A DNA stretch of 33,644 bases, taken from positions 1 through 33,644 of IMG/VR virus record IMGVR_UViG_3300042260_000028; one strand, given 5' to 3'. A program made the position numbers and the translations under genes. This DNA comes from a virus. Lineage: Duplodnaviria > Caudoviricetes. Below are positions 8,704-18,543 of this stretch, piece by piece (the first letter of the stretch is position 1; every line of letters begins with the position of its first letter). The notes below the pieces were generated by a model. The model was not told the origin of the DNA, did not search any database, and worked only from the letters and a program-made list of their open reading frames with translations.

Positions 8704-8889
8704 ATGGCTAAATTTTCATGTAATCACTCAGGTAATGTATTTGAGTTTACCAATGAGCATGACATTAAGACTATGCGTACACACAGCGAGTACACAGAAG
8801 TTATCCAAGAGAGCATTCAACCCTTGCCCAAAACTAAGAAGGTGAAACAAGATGAGACCAGTATCAGTAGGGGCAGTATTAACCCCTGA
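8704..8889 (+). CDS. Hypothetical protein
   Basis: 61-aa ORF with RBS aagg after the terminator, overlapping the next gene. Confidence 0.6.
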   Translation: MAKFSCNHSGNVFEFTNEHDIKTMRTHSEYTEVIQESIQPLPKTKKVKQDETSISRGSINP

Positions 8890-9184
8890 CGTAAAGACAA
8901 CTCTTTACACGGTTCCTACGGGTTATTATGCTCAATGGAACCTCGCTTACGCTGTTAACCATTCAGGCAACAACAAGCACATAGATATTATCTGGTATGA
9001 CGCTAGTTCCAACACAGAATTCTATGTATTAGACAACTATGTGTTAAGCCCTACTCAGTTTATTAAGTTTGATGGTGGTGCTTACATTGTACTTGAGGAA
9101 GGTGATCAGGTACGCGCACAAGGTGAGTCAGGCTCCAGCATGAACGTACTAAATACGTTCGAATTACATCGTAACAAAGGTTAA
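8852..9184 (+). CDS. Hypothetical virion protein (beta-rich)
   Basis: 110 aa; TLYTVP and IVLEEGD patterns typical of small phage structural proteins; operon packing. Confidence 0.65.
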   Translation: MRPVSVGAVLTPDVKTTLYTVPTGYYAQWNLAYAVNHSGNNKHIDIIWYDASSNTEFYVLDNYVLSPTQFIKFDGGAYIVLEEGDQVRAQGESGSSMNVLNTFELHRNKG

Positions 9185-9186
9185 TC

Positions 9187-10734
9187 ATGGCTTATTCACA
9201 AGAGTACGTAAATCAACTTGTTCGTGAGGCCGCTTCGCAAGCTGGTGGTACTTTGTCGTACACTGATGTCAGTAATGCAGCAGCTAACTTAGGGATTCCA
9301 GCTTCTCAAGTTGCAGCAGCTATGGCTACTGGAGTTATTACTGGTGCCCCTGCTGGCGCTTTTGCTGGCGCTCCTGCTGCTGCTGTAGAGCAACCTACTG
9401 CAAGCGCACCGAAGCCTAGTCTTGTAGATCAGATTCTTGCATCCAGCGACACATCTAAGTGGTCAGGTGAAGGCAAAGGCTCTGCTCGTGCTAACGCTGA
9501 AGACATGGCTAACATTTTGTCTGGTATTGGCATTACAGACATTAACCAATTAGGAACTGTTAGCGAAGAAGTGCCTATATATGGCCTTGATGATAACTAC
9601 CAACAAGTCGTTGTAGGAACTCAACCTAGACAGACTTTTGTAAACAAGCTGACAGGTGAAGCAGTTCCGAACACATACGGCGAACGCCAAACTGGTGATG
9701 CTTTTGGCGGGACTTATTCTGGCAAGGGAAACACAGGATACCGTGTTCAATTCACTCCTGATGGTAAGCCAGTCTTTTATACCTCTGAGCAGTCAAGTTC
9801 CAGCTTGCCAGAGTTGATGCCGTTGATTCAGTTGGGATTGGTAGCTGCTGGAGCAGGTGGACTCTTTAATGGTTTGTTAGGCGGAGCGGCTGGAGCAGCA
9901 GGTGGGGCTGGTGTTACAGAAGCTGCTTTCTTAGCTGCTGATGCTGCTCAATTAGCTGCTCAAGGGTTGTCAGAATCAGCAATCGCTAGTACCTTAGGAT
10001 CTTATGGTTCTACAGCTGCTGCTAACCTTGCTGCATCTATGGCTGCTAATGGCTTGGATGTAGCCACAATGACTCAGCAGCTTGGTAACTTAGGAACTAA
10101 CACAGGCTTGATGTCTCAGACAGGCTCTAGCGCTGACTTCTTAGCTGCTGATGCTTTGCAACTGCAAGGACAAGTAGGTAATAACTTTGCAGCTATTGAG
10201 CAGAACCTCATTGCTTCTGGTGTTGATCCTTTGGTAGCAGCTGACATTTCTCAGCAGTTAGCATTCAATCCCGGCCTGACACAGGCTGATCTCGCCACTA
10301 ACCTCTCTAACAGCTTTGGTAACAACATCTATGATGTGAACATGGCTGCTACATATCCTACATCTAGCCTCCCCGGATCAGGTGGACTCTTAAGTGATGT
10401 TGCAGGTGGTGCAGCAGGTGTCACGGCTGCTCCAGTAGGAACAACTACAGGTGCTCCAGCAGCAACTACAGGTAGCGGTACAGGACTCTCTACATCACAG
10501 ATAGCTAACTTAGTTAAAGCAGGTGTAGGTTTACTAGGAGCAGGTGGTGCAGCCTCTCTTGCTGGTGGAGGAGGCTCTAACGCTTCTTTCCAAGCTCCTA
10601 CTCAACAAGTACCTACTAATAGCCCAGAATACTACAACCAGTTGCAGCAGTACTACAACGCTTACTTACCACAGACTCCTCGTGATGTGGTAACACCTTT
10701 ACAACAATGGTATAACTCTTCATACGGAGCTTAA
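9187..10734 (+). CDS. Ala/Gly-rich putative virion protein with internal repeats
   Basis: 515 aa; repeated FLAADAxQL; hydrophobic Gly/Ala segments; stop codon abuts the tail fibre ATG. Confidence 0.7.
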   Translation: MAYSQEYVNQLVREAASQAGGTLSYTDVSNAAANLGIPASQVAAAMATGVITGAPAGAFAGAPAAAVEQPTASAPKPSLVDQILASSDTSKWSGEGKGSARANAEDMANILSGIGITDINQLGTVSEEVPIYGLDDNYQQVVVGTQPRQTFVNKLTGEAVPNTYGERQTGDAFGGTYSGKGNTGYRVQFTPDGKPVFYTSEQSSSSLPELMPLIQLGLVAAGAGGLFNGLLGGAAGAAGGAGVTEAAFLAADAAQLAAQGLSESAIASTLGSYGSTAAANLAASMAANGLDVATMTQQLGNLGTNTGLMSQTGSSADFLAADALQLQGQVGNNFAAIEQNLIASGVDPLVAADISQQLAFNPGLTQADLATNLSNSFGNNIYDVNMAATYPTSSLPGSGGLLSDVAGGAAGVTAAPVGTTTGAPAATTGSGTGLSTSQIANLVKAGVGLLGAGGAASLAGGGGSNASFQAPTQQVPTNSPEYYNQLQQYYNAYLPQTPRDVVTPLQQWYNSSYGA

Positions 10735-12414
10735 ATGTCCTCTACAATCATTACAAAGAACAGTAGCACAGCATCTGCTGTACCCGCAGCAGGAGACTTA
10801 ACTAAGGGTGAGTTGGCTGTTAACGTCACAGACAAGAAGTTATACACCAAGGATAACAGCGCTACCGTTGTTAAGGTTGTAGGCTCATTAGGTAATCAAG
10901 AAGCTAACGCTGTAGCCATCACAGGTGGTACAGTTGCAGGTGTTGCCCAGACAGGCGGTACTGTCAACAACACACCTATCGGTGCTACGACTGCTGCTGC
11001 TGTGACTGGTACAACCATCACTGCTACCACAGGCTTTTCTGGTACATTGACAGGTAACGTAACAGGCAATACCACAGGTACTCACACAGGTGCTGTGACA
11101 GGTAACGTCACAGGTAACTTGACAGGTAACGTAACAGCTTCTAGCGGTACATCTACATTCAACCATGTAACCATCAGTGGTTCCTTGGACATGGATTCAG
11201 GTACTTCTGCTACGATCACAGGCTTGGCTACTCCTGTTAACAATACTGATGCAGCTACTAAGATCTATGTAGATACAGCTATCAGTAACTTGGTTGATGG
11301 TGCTCCTGCTAACTTGGATACCTTGAACGAGATTGCTGCTGCTTTGAATGATGATGCTAACTTAGCAGCAACACTAACAGCCTCTATTGCTACCAAAGTC
11401 TCTAAAGCTGGTGACACCATGTCAGGTGCTCTGGCTATGGGCACTAACAAGATTACAGGCTTGGGTACTCCTACAACAGGTACAGACGCTACCACTAAGA
11501 CTTACGTTGACGATGCAGATGCTTTGAAGCTCAGCTTGTCAGGTGGCACTATGTCTGGTGCTATCGCAATGGGTAGCAACAAGATCACTGGTTTAGGTAC
11601 TCCTACGGCAGGCACAGATGCTACAACTAAGACTTATGTTGATGGTATCTTAGGCTCTGCTACTTCTGCTGCTGCGTCAGCATCCGCTGCTGCAACGTCA
11701 GAGACTAACGCTGCTAACTCTGCCTCTGCTGCTTCCTCTAGTGCCTCTGCTGCCTCTGCCAGTGCCTCTAGCGCTGCTGCAAGCTATGACAGCTTTGATG
11801 ATCGCTACTTAGGCCCTAAGTCCTCAGCTCCTACTGTCGATAACGATGGTAACACACTGCTGACAGGTGCTCTGTACTGGAACACTACTTCTAGTAACTT
11901 GTTCGTGTGGTCTGGTTCTGCTTGGACTAATGCAGCCTTCACACCGGGTAGCTTTGCTACTCTGACAGGCACTGAGACTCTGACTAACAAGACCATTGCT
12001 TTCGGTAGCAACACCTTGACGGACGTTGCTGGAACAACAGCGACTCAAACTCTAACTAACAAGACTATTGAGGCAGGCGTTTTCACCAATGGCTACACCG
12101 AAGAAGTCGGAACAGCCAATACCAGCACGGCCTACACGATTGCTCTTGCCAACGGCTCTGTGCAGTACCTAACGTTGACGGGCAACTGCACTTATACATT
12201 CCCCACACCTGTTGCTGGCAAGTCTTTCACGCTAATTCAAAAGCAAGACGGCACAGGTGGCCGAACAGTGACGTGGCCTGCTTCCGTCAAGTGGCCCGGA
12301 GGCACAGCACCAACACTGACCAGCACAGCATCAAAAGCTGACAAGTTCATCTTTACGGCCATCGACGGATCGAGCTGGCTCGGTTCTAACGGCGGTCAAA
12401 ACTACACAGTCTGA
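10735..12414 (+). CDS. Tail fibre protein
   Basis: N-terminal GELAVNVTDKKLY anchor (Mtd-N/hyaluronidase-N-like); TGNVTG repeats; three ITGLxTP..DAxTKxYVD repeats; TLTNKT repeats; C-terminal QDGTGGRTVTWP...WPGGTAPTL domain. Confidence 0.85.
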   Translation: MSSTIITKNSSTASAVPAAGDLTKGELAVNVTDKKLYTKDNSATVVKVVGSLGNQEANAVAITGGTVAGVAQTGGTVNNTPIGATTAAAVTGTTITATTGFSGTLTGNVTGNTTGTHTGAVTGNVTGNLTGNVTASSGTSTFNHVTISGSLDMDSGTSATITGLATPVNNTDAATKIYVDTAISNLVDGAPANLDTLNEIAAALNDDANLAATLTASIATKVSKAGDTMSGALAMGTNKITGLGTPTTGTDATTKTYVDDADALKLSLSGGTMSGAIAMGSNKITGLGTPTAGTDATTKTYVDGILGSATSAAASASAAATSETNAANSASAASSSASAASASASSAAASYDSFDDRYLGPKSSAPTVDNDGNTLLTGALYWNTTSSNLFVWSGSAWTNAAFTPGSFATLTGTETLTNKTIAFGSNTLTDVAGTTATQTLTNKTIEAGVFTNGYTEEVGTANTSTAYTIALANGSVQYLTLTGNCTYTFPTPVAGKSFTLIQKQDGTGGRTVTWPASVKWPGGTAPTLTSTASKADKFIFTAIDGSSWLGSNGGQNYTV

Positions 12415-12422
12415 GGTGAATA

Positions 12423-13262
12423 ATGTTTTCAGCAAATACAACAGGAGAAACTGAAGTGGCAAGAGGAGAATCTTTATATGCAATTCCCGGATCTTATTCG
12501 TGGGTTTGCCCGGCTGGTGTGACGTCTGTCAGCGCTATTGTTGTTGGTGGCGGCGGTGGAGGTTCGTATAGTGCTGGTGGGGGCGGAGCGCTTGCTTATG
12601 CAAACAACATAGCCGTTACCCCCGGAACTTCGTACACAGTCTATGTGGGACGAGGGGGTAATCACGGCGTTACAGCACAAGCTCCCGGACAGTCCGGCTA
12701 CGAATCGTATTTCAAAAACAGTTCGACTGTTTACGCTTATGGCGGTGGTGGAGGTGGAAACAGCAATGGCAGCTCACCCGGATCAGGTGGCACTGTTTTA
12801 GCAGGAACTGGAAATTATGGCGGTACTGGAGGCAATGGCGCAAGCGCCAATGGTGGCGGTGGCGCTGGCGGTTACGCTGGAGTGGGTGGCTCAGGCGCTT
12901 CCGGAAGCTCTGCTTCTGGGTCTAACGGCGCAGGAGGCGCTGGCGGCGGAGGTGGCACAGCGGGACTTTATGGGGGAGGCGGTGGAGGGGTAGGTGTTTT
13001 GGGTCAAGGAGCCTCTGGCAATGGTGGTGCAGTGGGTTTTGGTGGTGATCCAGGCTCTGGCGGTCAACTAGCAAGCCTAAATAGCGATCCAAACCCCAAC
13101 TCTGGTTCATATCAGTCTGGCGCTGGTGGCGTATTTGGTGGCGGCGGCGGGGGTAGCGGAAGCACAAACGCTGGTGGCGGTCCCGGAGGACACGGCGTTG
13201 TTCGCATCGTCTGGCCCGGTGATACTCGTACGTTCCCATCAACTGATGTTGGAACACCATAA
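12423..13262 (+). CDS. Glycine-rich tail-tip/adhesin-like protein
   Basis: WVCPAGVTSVSAIVVGGGGGG start, many polyglycine runs, GxVRIVWPG end; directly follows the fibre gene. Confidence 0.75.
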   Translation: MFSANTTGETEVARGESLYAIPGSYSWVCPAGVTSVSAIVVGGGGGGSYSAGGGGALAYANNIAVTPGTSYTVYVGRGGNHGVTAQAPGQSGYESYFKNSSTVYAYGGGGGGNSNGSSPGSGGTVLAGTGNYGGTGGNGASANGGGGAGGYAGVGGSGASGSSASGSNGAGGAGGGGGTAGLYGGGGGGVGVLGQGASGNGGAVGFGGDPGSGGQLASLNSDPNPNSGSYQSGAGGVFGGGGGGSGSTNAGGGPGGHGVVRIVWPGDTRTFPSTDVGTP

Positions 13263-13274
13263 GGAGAAAATAAC

Positions 13275-13790
13275 ATGCTTGCAAAAATTGAAAATGGTGT
13301 GGTGACTCAGTGGCCTTTAAGCGAACAATTCATCCAGACCGCACACCCCAACACATCGTTCGCGTTTCCACTCAACGACGAAACCATTGCAGCCTTTGGC
13401 TTTGCACGGTTTGCTTATTCCGATCCGGCGACATACGACGCCGAGTTCCAAGAAGCCCGTGAGATCACGCCCGTGCTGAACGGTGCTGTGGCAACGCAGG
13501 CTTGGGAGATCGTTGAGAAGTTCACATCCGATGAGAAAGTTGCATACATTGCCAAGCGCGATGCCGATAATGAACTTGCCAAAGCTGCAAACATTCGCGC
13601 TGAGCGCAATTCGAAACTGTCAGCATCGGACTGGACACAAGTAGCGGATGCTCTGCTGGACGCTCCTGTAGATAAAGCTGCATGGGCTACATACCGTCAG
13701 GCACTGCGTGATGTGACTAGTCAGACAGGCTTTCCTTGGACAATTAACTGGCCTACACAGCCAAATGAGGAGACAGAAGATGCCGCTTAA
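13275..13790 (+). CDS. Tail fibre assembly chaperone
   Basis: [16 protein letters not shown]...[10 protein letters not shown]...[11 protein letters not shown] signature; RBS aaggag. Confidence 0.85.
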   Translation: MLAKIENGVVTQWPLSEQFIQTAHPNTSFAFPLNDETIAAFGFARFAYSDPATYDAEFQEAREITPVLNGAVATQAWEIVEKFTSDEKVAYIAKRDADNELAKAANIRAERNSKLSASDWTQVADALLDAPVDKAAWATYRQALRDVTSQTGFPWTINWPTQPNEETEDAA

Positions 13791-13944
13791 AAAAGGTAAA
13801 TCAGATAAGACCATCAGTGAGAACATCTCTATGATGGTTAAAGAAGGTAAGCCACAGAAACAAGCTGTTGCTATTGCTCTTTCCGAAGCTGGTAAAGATA
13901 AGCCAGCTAAGAAGCCTAAAAAGCCTCGTAAAAATACTGCTTGA
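13780..13944 (+). CDS. Small basic protein (DUF6496-like), not in the ORF track
   Basis: Translated by hand: [54 protein letters not shown] (54 aa); RBS gaggag; [12 protein letters not shown] motif. Confidence 0.75.
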   Translation: MPLKKGKSDKTISENISMMVKEGKPQKQAVAIALSEAGKDKPAKKPKKPRKNTA

Positions 13945-13969
13945 CTTTAACGTCCAACTGTGATAAAAT
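13941..13969 (+). promoter_or_regulatory. Sigma70 promoter for tail, ejection and lysis genes
   Basis: TTGACT (13941-13946), 17-nt spacer, TG-n-TAAAAT (13964-13969). Confidence 0.75.
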
Positions 13970-13995
13970 AGTGTATATAACTAAAGGATATAAGG

Positions 13996-14649
13996 ATGGC
14001 TTCAACCTATCTACAACTGGTTAACAACGTACTCACAAGGTTGCGGGAGACTGAGGTATCCTCGGTTCAAGACACTCCTTATAGTTCCTTGATTGGTATA
14101 TTCGTTAACGATGCTAAGCGTGAGGTGGAGGATGCGTATGAGTGGAATGGTTTAAGTACTACCATCGTCATCCCTACCGTGGCTGGTCAGCGTAACTACA
14201 CTCTCTCAGGCTCAGGCGAACGCTTCAAGACAGGGGATGTGATTAATGACACAGAGGATGTTCCTATGCGTCAAGCTGCACAGACATGGCTTAATCGTCA
14301 ATACTACACAGGAACTGTACAGAATGCAGCTCCTTGCTACTATAGCTACAACGGTGCTACCTCTAACGGGGACAACAAAGTAGACCTCTGGCCTCAACCT
14401 GATGCTGTGTATCAGATTCGCTTTGAGTTAACAGTCCCTCAGTTGGACTTGGTTAACAACGGTGATACCCTTATCGTCCCTGCTCACTTGGTACAACTTC
14501 TGGCCTATGCTAAAGCTGTTGGTGAACGTGGTGAAGATGGCGGTACAGCCTTTGGTGAAGTCTTCCAACAATACCGCTTAGCCTTGGCTGATGCTGTGGC
14601 TATTGAGCGTAACCGCTACGATGACCAAGTAGTCTGGACAGGTGTTTAA
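13996..14649 (+). CDS. Head-tail adaptor / tail tubular protein A-like
   Basis: TYLQLVNNVLTRLRE N-terminus, LWPQPD motif, 217 aa, upstream of the nozzle-sized gene. Confidence 0.75.
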   Translation: MASTYLQLVNNVLTRLRETEVSSVQDTPYSSLIGIFVNDAKREVEDAYEWNGLSTTIVIPTVAGQRNYTLSGSGERFKTGDVINDTEDVPMRQAAQTWLNRQYYTGTVQNAAPCYYSYNGATSNGDNKVDLWPQPDAVYQIRFELTVPQLDLVNNGDTLIVPAHLVQLLAYAKAVGERGEDGGTAFGEVFQQYRLALADAVAIERNRYDDQVVWTGV

Positions 14650-14651
14650 TC

Positions 14652-16190
14652 ATGGTAGCTAAACTTCTAACGACAACCATTGCTGCTCCCGGCTTCAAAG
14701 GAGTGAATACCCAAGACTCTTCGATCACGTTAGAGGATGGCTTCGCATCTGTAGCTAATAACTGTGTCATTGATAAGTTTGGTCGTATTGGCGCTCGTAA
14801 AGGGTGGACTCCTACACATACGAGTAACGAAGCATTAGGCACAGCTAATGTGAAAACTATTGATGAGTTAATCACTGTAGCAGGTGTCTCTTACGTTATC
14901 GCAGCAGGCAACAATAAACTGTTTAAACTGGTTGGATCTACGCTTACACAGTTGACTTATGGTGGCGGCGGTACAGCTCCTACAATTACAGATGATAACT
15001 GGCAGATGGCTTCCCTGAACGGTTGCTTGTACATGTACCAAGCGGGTCACGATCCTCTGGTGTTCGACCCTGCTGTAAGTACTACTACGTATCGCCGTAT
15101 CTCTGAGAAGTCAGGCTACGTAGGAACTGTATCTCAAAACAACTGTGCAATTAGTGCGTATGGTCGTACATGGAGTGCGTACAACAGTACCAATAAGAGT
15201 ACTGTACAGTTCTCAGACTTACTATCAGGACACATTCTGAGCACAGGCACTGCGGGTACTTTGGATGTCTCTCAAGTATGGCCTGCTGGTGGTGATGAGA
15301 TTATTGCCTTAGCTGCTCATAACAACTTCTTGATTATCTTTGGTCGTAGACAGGTTCTGATCTATGCCAATGCTAACAATCCTAATGAACTTACATTATC
15401 TGATGCTATCACAGGTACTGGATGCTTTGCCAGAGACTCGGTGGTAGTTACAGGTGGTGATGTACTGTTCTTGTCGGATGCAGGTGTTAAATCACTGATG
15501 CGTACCATCCAAGAAAAGTCAGCACCTATGCGAGACATCAGCGCTAACGTCCGTGATGACTTAGTGTATGAGATCACGTTAGAAGATCCAGATGAGATTA
15601 AGGCTGTGTATTCCGATAAGGATGCCTTCTACTTGTTGTCTCTTCCAGCACGACAGTTAGTATACTGCTTCGATATGCGAGTTATCTTGCCTAACGGAGC
15701 TAACCGCACTACCACTTGGGATGGTCTACTGCCTTACGCTATCAAGTATCTTCGTAGCAAGGACTTACTGATTGGTAAGCCCGGATACATCGGTAAGTAT
15801 GATGGCTATAAGGACAATACAGATAGCTACCTGATGCGTTACTACACCAACTACTTTGACTTTGCTGCACCTACGGTGATCAAGTTAATGAAGAAGGTAG
15901 GTATTACTGTTATTGGTGGTCAAGGCTATGGTGTTACTTTAAAGTTTGGCTTTGACTACAGTGACATTCTGAACAGCCGACAGTTTGCTCTTGCTAATGC
16001 TTCGGTAGCTGAGTACAACATTGCTGAGTACAACATTGGTGAATACGGTGGTACAGCCTTCGATAACAAGATTATCAACATCGGTGGCTCAGGTAAAGTT
16101 ATTCAATTAGGGTTTGAAACAACTGTGTTTAACAAACCTGTATCAATTCAAAAGCTGGACGTTTACGTTAAAACAGGAAAGACTCGCTAA
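14652..16190 (+). CDS. Tail nozzle / tubular protein B-like (P22 gp10-like)
   Basis: 512-aa beta-rich protein; APGFKGVNT and GTGCFARDS motifs; position after the adaptor. Confidence 0.72.
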   Translation: MVAKLLTTTIAAPGFKGVNTQDSSITLEDGFASVANNCVIDKFGRIGARKGWTPTHTSNEALGTANVKTIDELITVAGVSYVIAAGNNKLFKLVGSTLTQLTYGGGGTAPTITDDNWQMASLNGCLYMYQAGHDPLVFDPAVSTTTYRRISEKSGYVGTVSQNNCAISAYGRTWSAYNSTNKSTVQFSDLLSGHILSTGTAGTLDVSQVWPAGGDEIIALAAHNNFLIIFGRRQVLIYANANNPNELTLSDAITGTGCFARDSVVVTGGDVLFLSDAGVKSLMRTIQEKSAPMRDISANVRDDLVYEITLEDPDEIKAVYSDKDAFYLLSLPARQLVYCFDMRVILPNGANRTTTWDGLLPYAIKYLRSKDLLIGKPGYIGKYDGYKDNTDSYLMRYYTNYFDFAAPTVIKLMKKVGITVIGGQGYGVTLKFGFDYSDILNSRQFALANASVAEYNIAEYNIGEYGGTAFDNKIINIGGSGKVIQLGFETTVFNKPVSIQKLDVYVKTGKTR

Positions 16191-16191
16191 C

Positions 16192-16422
16192 ATGTCAAAC
16201 TACACAAAGACTACTAACTTTGCTGTCAAGGATACCTTACCTACAGGCAATGCTGGTAAGATTATTAAAGGCACTGAGATTGATACTGAATACAACAACA
16301 TTGCCTCCGCTATCAGCTCTAAAGGCGATGCTAACAACGGTACTTTCACAGGTACTGCAACAATGGTTAACCTGACTGTATCAGGTACGTTTAATGCAAC
16401 AGTTGACGGTGGGAGTTACTAA
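16192..16422 (+). CDS. Small virion protein
   Basis: Start moved to ATG 16192 just after the nozzle stop (MSNYTKTTNF...EIDTEYNNIASAISSK...VDGGSY); stop overlaps the next ATG. Confidence 0.7.
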   Translation: MSNYTKTTNFAVKDTLPTGNAGKIIKGTEIDTEYNNIASAISSKGDANNGTFTGTATMVNLTVSGTFNATVDGGSY

Positions 16423-17357
16423 TGGCTGAATTTGATTATACTTCTTTACTTGGTCCTGCGGTGCAAGGAGCAGCAGGACTTATCGGTGCTAACGCTTCTG
16501 CTAATAACGCTCAAGCAGCAGGCGCACAAGCTGCACAAATGTCTCAGTTTCGACCTATAGGTATTACCTCTCGCTTTGGTAAATCAGGCTTTCAGTATGG
16601 CCCTAACGGTGAACTGACAGGCGCTGGCTATCAAGTAGCTCCTGACATTGCTGCAATGCGTGAAGGCTTAATTGGCTTAGCAGGTTCGGGCTTGTCGCAA
16701 GCTCAACAAGCTCAAGCATTCCAGCCGGGTATTACCACAGCAGGTCAAGGTCTATTTAATCTGGGTCAGCAGTATGTCGGTCAAAGCCCACAAGCTGTAG
16801 CTCAGAACTACTTAGCTCAACAGCAAGGCTTACTGGCTCCCGGACGTGAACAGCAATTGGCTCAGTTGACTAACCAACAACAGCAGCAAGGTCGTTTAGG
16901 TCTTGCTACAGGTGCTACATCAACAGGCTACACAGCAGGCTCTCCCGGCTTGATGGCTACTAACCCACAGATGGCTGCTTACTACAACGCAATGGCTCAG
17001 CAAGATGCTAAACTGGCTGCTGATGCTAACTTGGCAGGTCAACAGCAAGTTACCTTCGGTCAGGGCTTGATGACAGGTGGTATCAATCTTCAGAATGCTG
17101 GCTACGGTATGCAAGCTAACGCCTTGGCTCCATATACTAACTACTTGCAGGGTGCTCAGCAAGCTGAAGGCTTAGGACAGAATGCGCTTACATTAGGCAC
17201 AGGATTAGGTTCTCAGATTACCGCTGCTGCTCAGCAAGCCGCTGACTTTCAGTATGCTGCTAATAAAGCAGCCAACACAACAACTGCCGGGGCTACTGCT
17301 GGAGCTTTGAAGGGATTAACTGATCCTATCGCAGCTTTGTTAGCTAGTCTTAAGTAA
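16422..17357 (+). CDS. Putative DNA ejection (internal virion) protein 1
   Basis: Gln/Ala/Gly-rich; first of three genes of increasing size after the tail genes, as in podoviruses. Confidence 0.65.
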   Translation: MAEFDYTSLLGPAVQGAAGLIGANASANNAQAAGAQAAQMSQFRPIGITSRFGKSGFQYGPNGELTGAGYQVAPDIAAMREGLIGLAGSGLSQAQQAQAFQPGITTAGQGLFNLGQQYVGQSPQAVAQNYLAQQQGLLAPGREQQLAQLTNQQQQQGRLGLATGATSTGYTAGSPGLMATNPQMAAYYNAMAQQDAKLAADANLAGQQQVTFGQGLMTGGINLQNAGYGMQANALAPYTNYLQGAQQAEGLGQNALTLGTGLGSQITAAAQQAADFQYAANKAANTTTAGATAGALKGLTDPIAALLASLK

Positions 17358-17370
17358 GTAAGGAGACAAT

Positions 17371-18543
17371 ATGGCTTTATTTAGTAATTTAGGTGGCGGT
17401 GATCTTGCCTTAATGCAGCAGCAACTAGACGAGAAACGCTCTATGGACGTAGCTCAGCTGTCTTCTGATCAAATCTATAAGCAGATGGCTTATGCAGGTG
17501 GCTCAGGACTGACCCGAGGTATCGGCGGCTTGTTAGGCGCTGATATGGTTGATCCTGAGCTTAAGCGTAAATCATTACGTGCGCGTATTGTTAGTGAAAT
17601 TAATCCTGAAGATGAAGCATCTTTAAAAGCAGGTGTTGAAAACTTACAAAAAGCAGGCTTTGCTGAAGATGCTTTTGCTTTGTCTGCTCGGTTGTTGGAG
17701 AGACAAAAGAAGACTGCTGAGATTACCTCTGAGCAGGCTCTTGCTGCACAGCGTGGGCGTGAGCGCCAAGCAGCTAGCATTGAGGATAAGACTTTTGTAG
17801 AGCTGGCTAAGAAAGCTACTCCTAGGTCTGTTGCCGTTGCTATGCAAGCAGGTAATGACATTAGCTTGTTGGAGATTCCTGAAGCTGTTAAAGTATCTAC
17901 TTACGGTCAGATCTTAAAGGATGCTGGTTTTAAAGAAGGTACTCCTGAGTTTCAAGCTAAGATGAAGACCTTTGCTGAAGCTGAGCTTAAGAGTACTGCT
18001 CAAGGCAAAGGAACAACCATCACTAACGTACTTCCCGGTATTGCTAAAGCAGGGGATGTAACAAGTCTTCGTAAAGACCTTCAAGCTATCACTAAACCTT
18101 ACCAAGATCAAGCTGATGCAGCAGGCGATGCTATTGACTTAGCTAACATGGCAATCAAGAGTAATAACTTTGCTGCTGTATCCAGCTTATCTCGTAGCTT
18201 AGCTAAGGCAGCGGGTGAGACACAGTTATCCGGTAAAGACGTAGAAGCTTTTGGTATTGATCCTTCGTTGGTGGGCAGTGTTGCAGATACGGTGTCTAAG
18301 CTTGCTAAGAGTCGTCCAACAGTGGATACCCTTACTAAGCTTCGTCAGCTTGCTGAAGCATTGAAGAAGAAAGCTGAGTCTCGTATCTCTATCGAAGAAC
18401 AGCAGCTTCAGGAAACAGCCCGTGTGAGTGGTCAGTTCACTGAGCCGCAGATTAACACAGTGTTCCGCCGCCGTCCTGCACCACCAGCAAATAATCAAAA
18501 GACTACCCGTAGTGGAGTTACATATACAGTGGAGAAAGATTAA
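17371..18543 (+). CDS. Putative DNA ejection (internal virion) protein 2
   Basis: 390-aa helical protein; RBS aaggag; synteny. Confidence 0.6.
   Translation: MALFSNLGGGDLALMQQQLDEKRSMDVAQLSSDQIYKQMAYAGGSGLTRGIGGLLGADMVDPELKRKSLRARIVSEINPEDEASLKAGVENLQKAGFAEDAFALSARLLERQKKTAEITSEQALAAQRGRERQAASIEDKTFVELAKKATPRSVAVAMQAGNDISLLEIPEAVKVSTYGQILKDAGFKEGTPEFQAKMKTFAEAELKSTAQGKGTTITNVLPGIAKAGDVTSLRKDLQAITKPYQDQADAAGDAIDLANMAIKSNNFAAVSSLSRSLAKAAGETQLSGKDVEAFGIDPSLVGSVADTVSKLAKSRPTVDTLTKLRQLAEALKKKAESRISIEEQQLQETARVSGQFTEPQINTVFRRRPAPPANNQKTTRSGVTYTVEKD

Noticed and set aside
10735-12414. Diversity-generating retroelement suggested by the Mtd-N-like fibre N-terminus
   Set aside because: No reverse transcriptase and no adenine-mismatched template/variable repeat pair seen in the window. 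This anchor domain is common in ordinary fibres.
16008-16047. 15-bp tandem repeat gctgagtacaacatt
   Set aside because: In-frame coding repeat (AEYNI AEYNI GEY) in the nozzle gene; no sign of a separate function.
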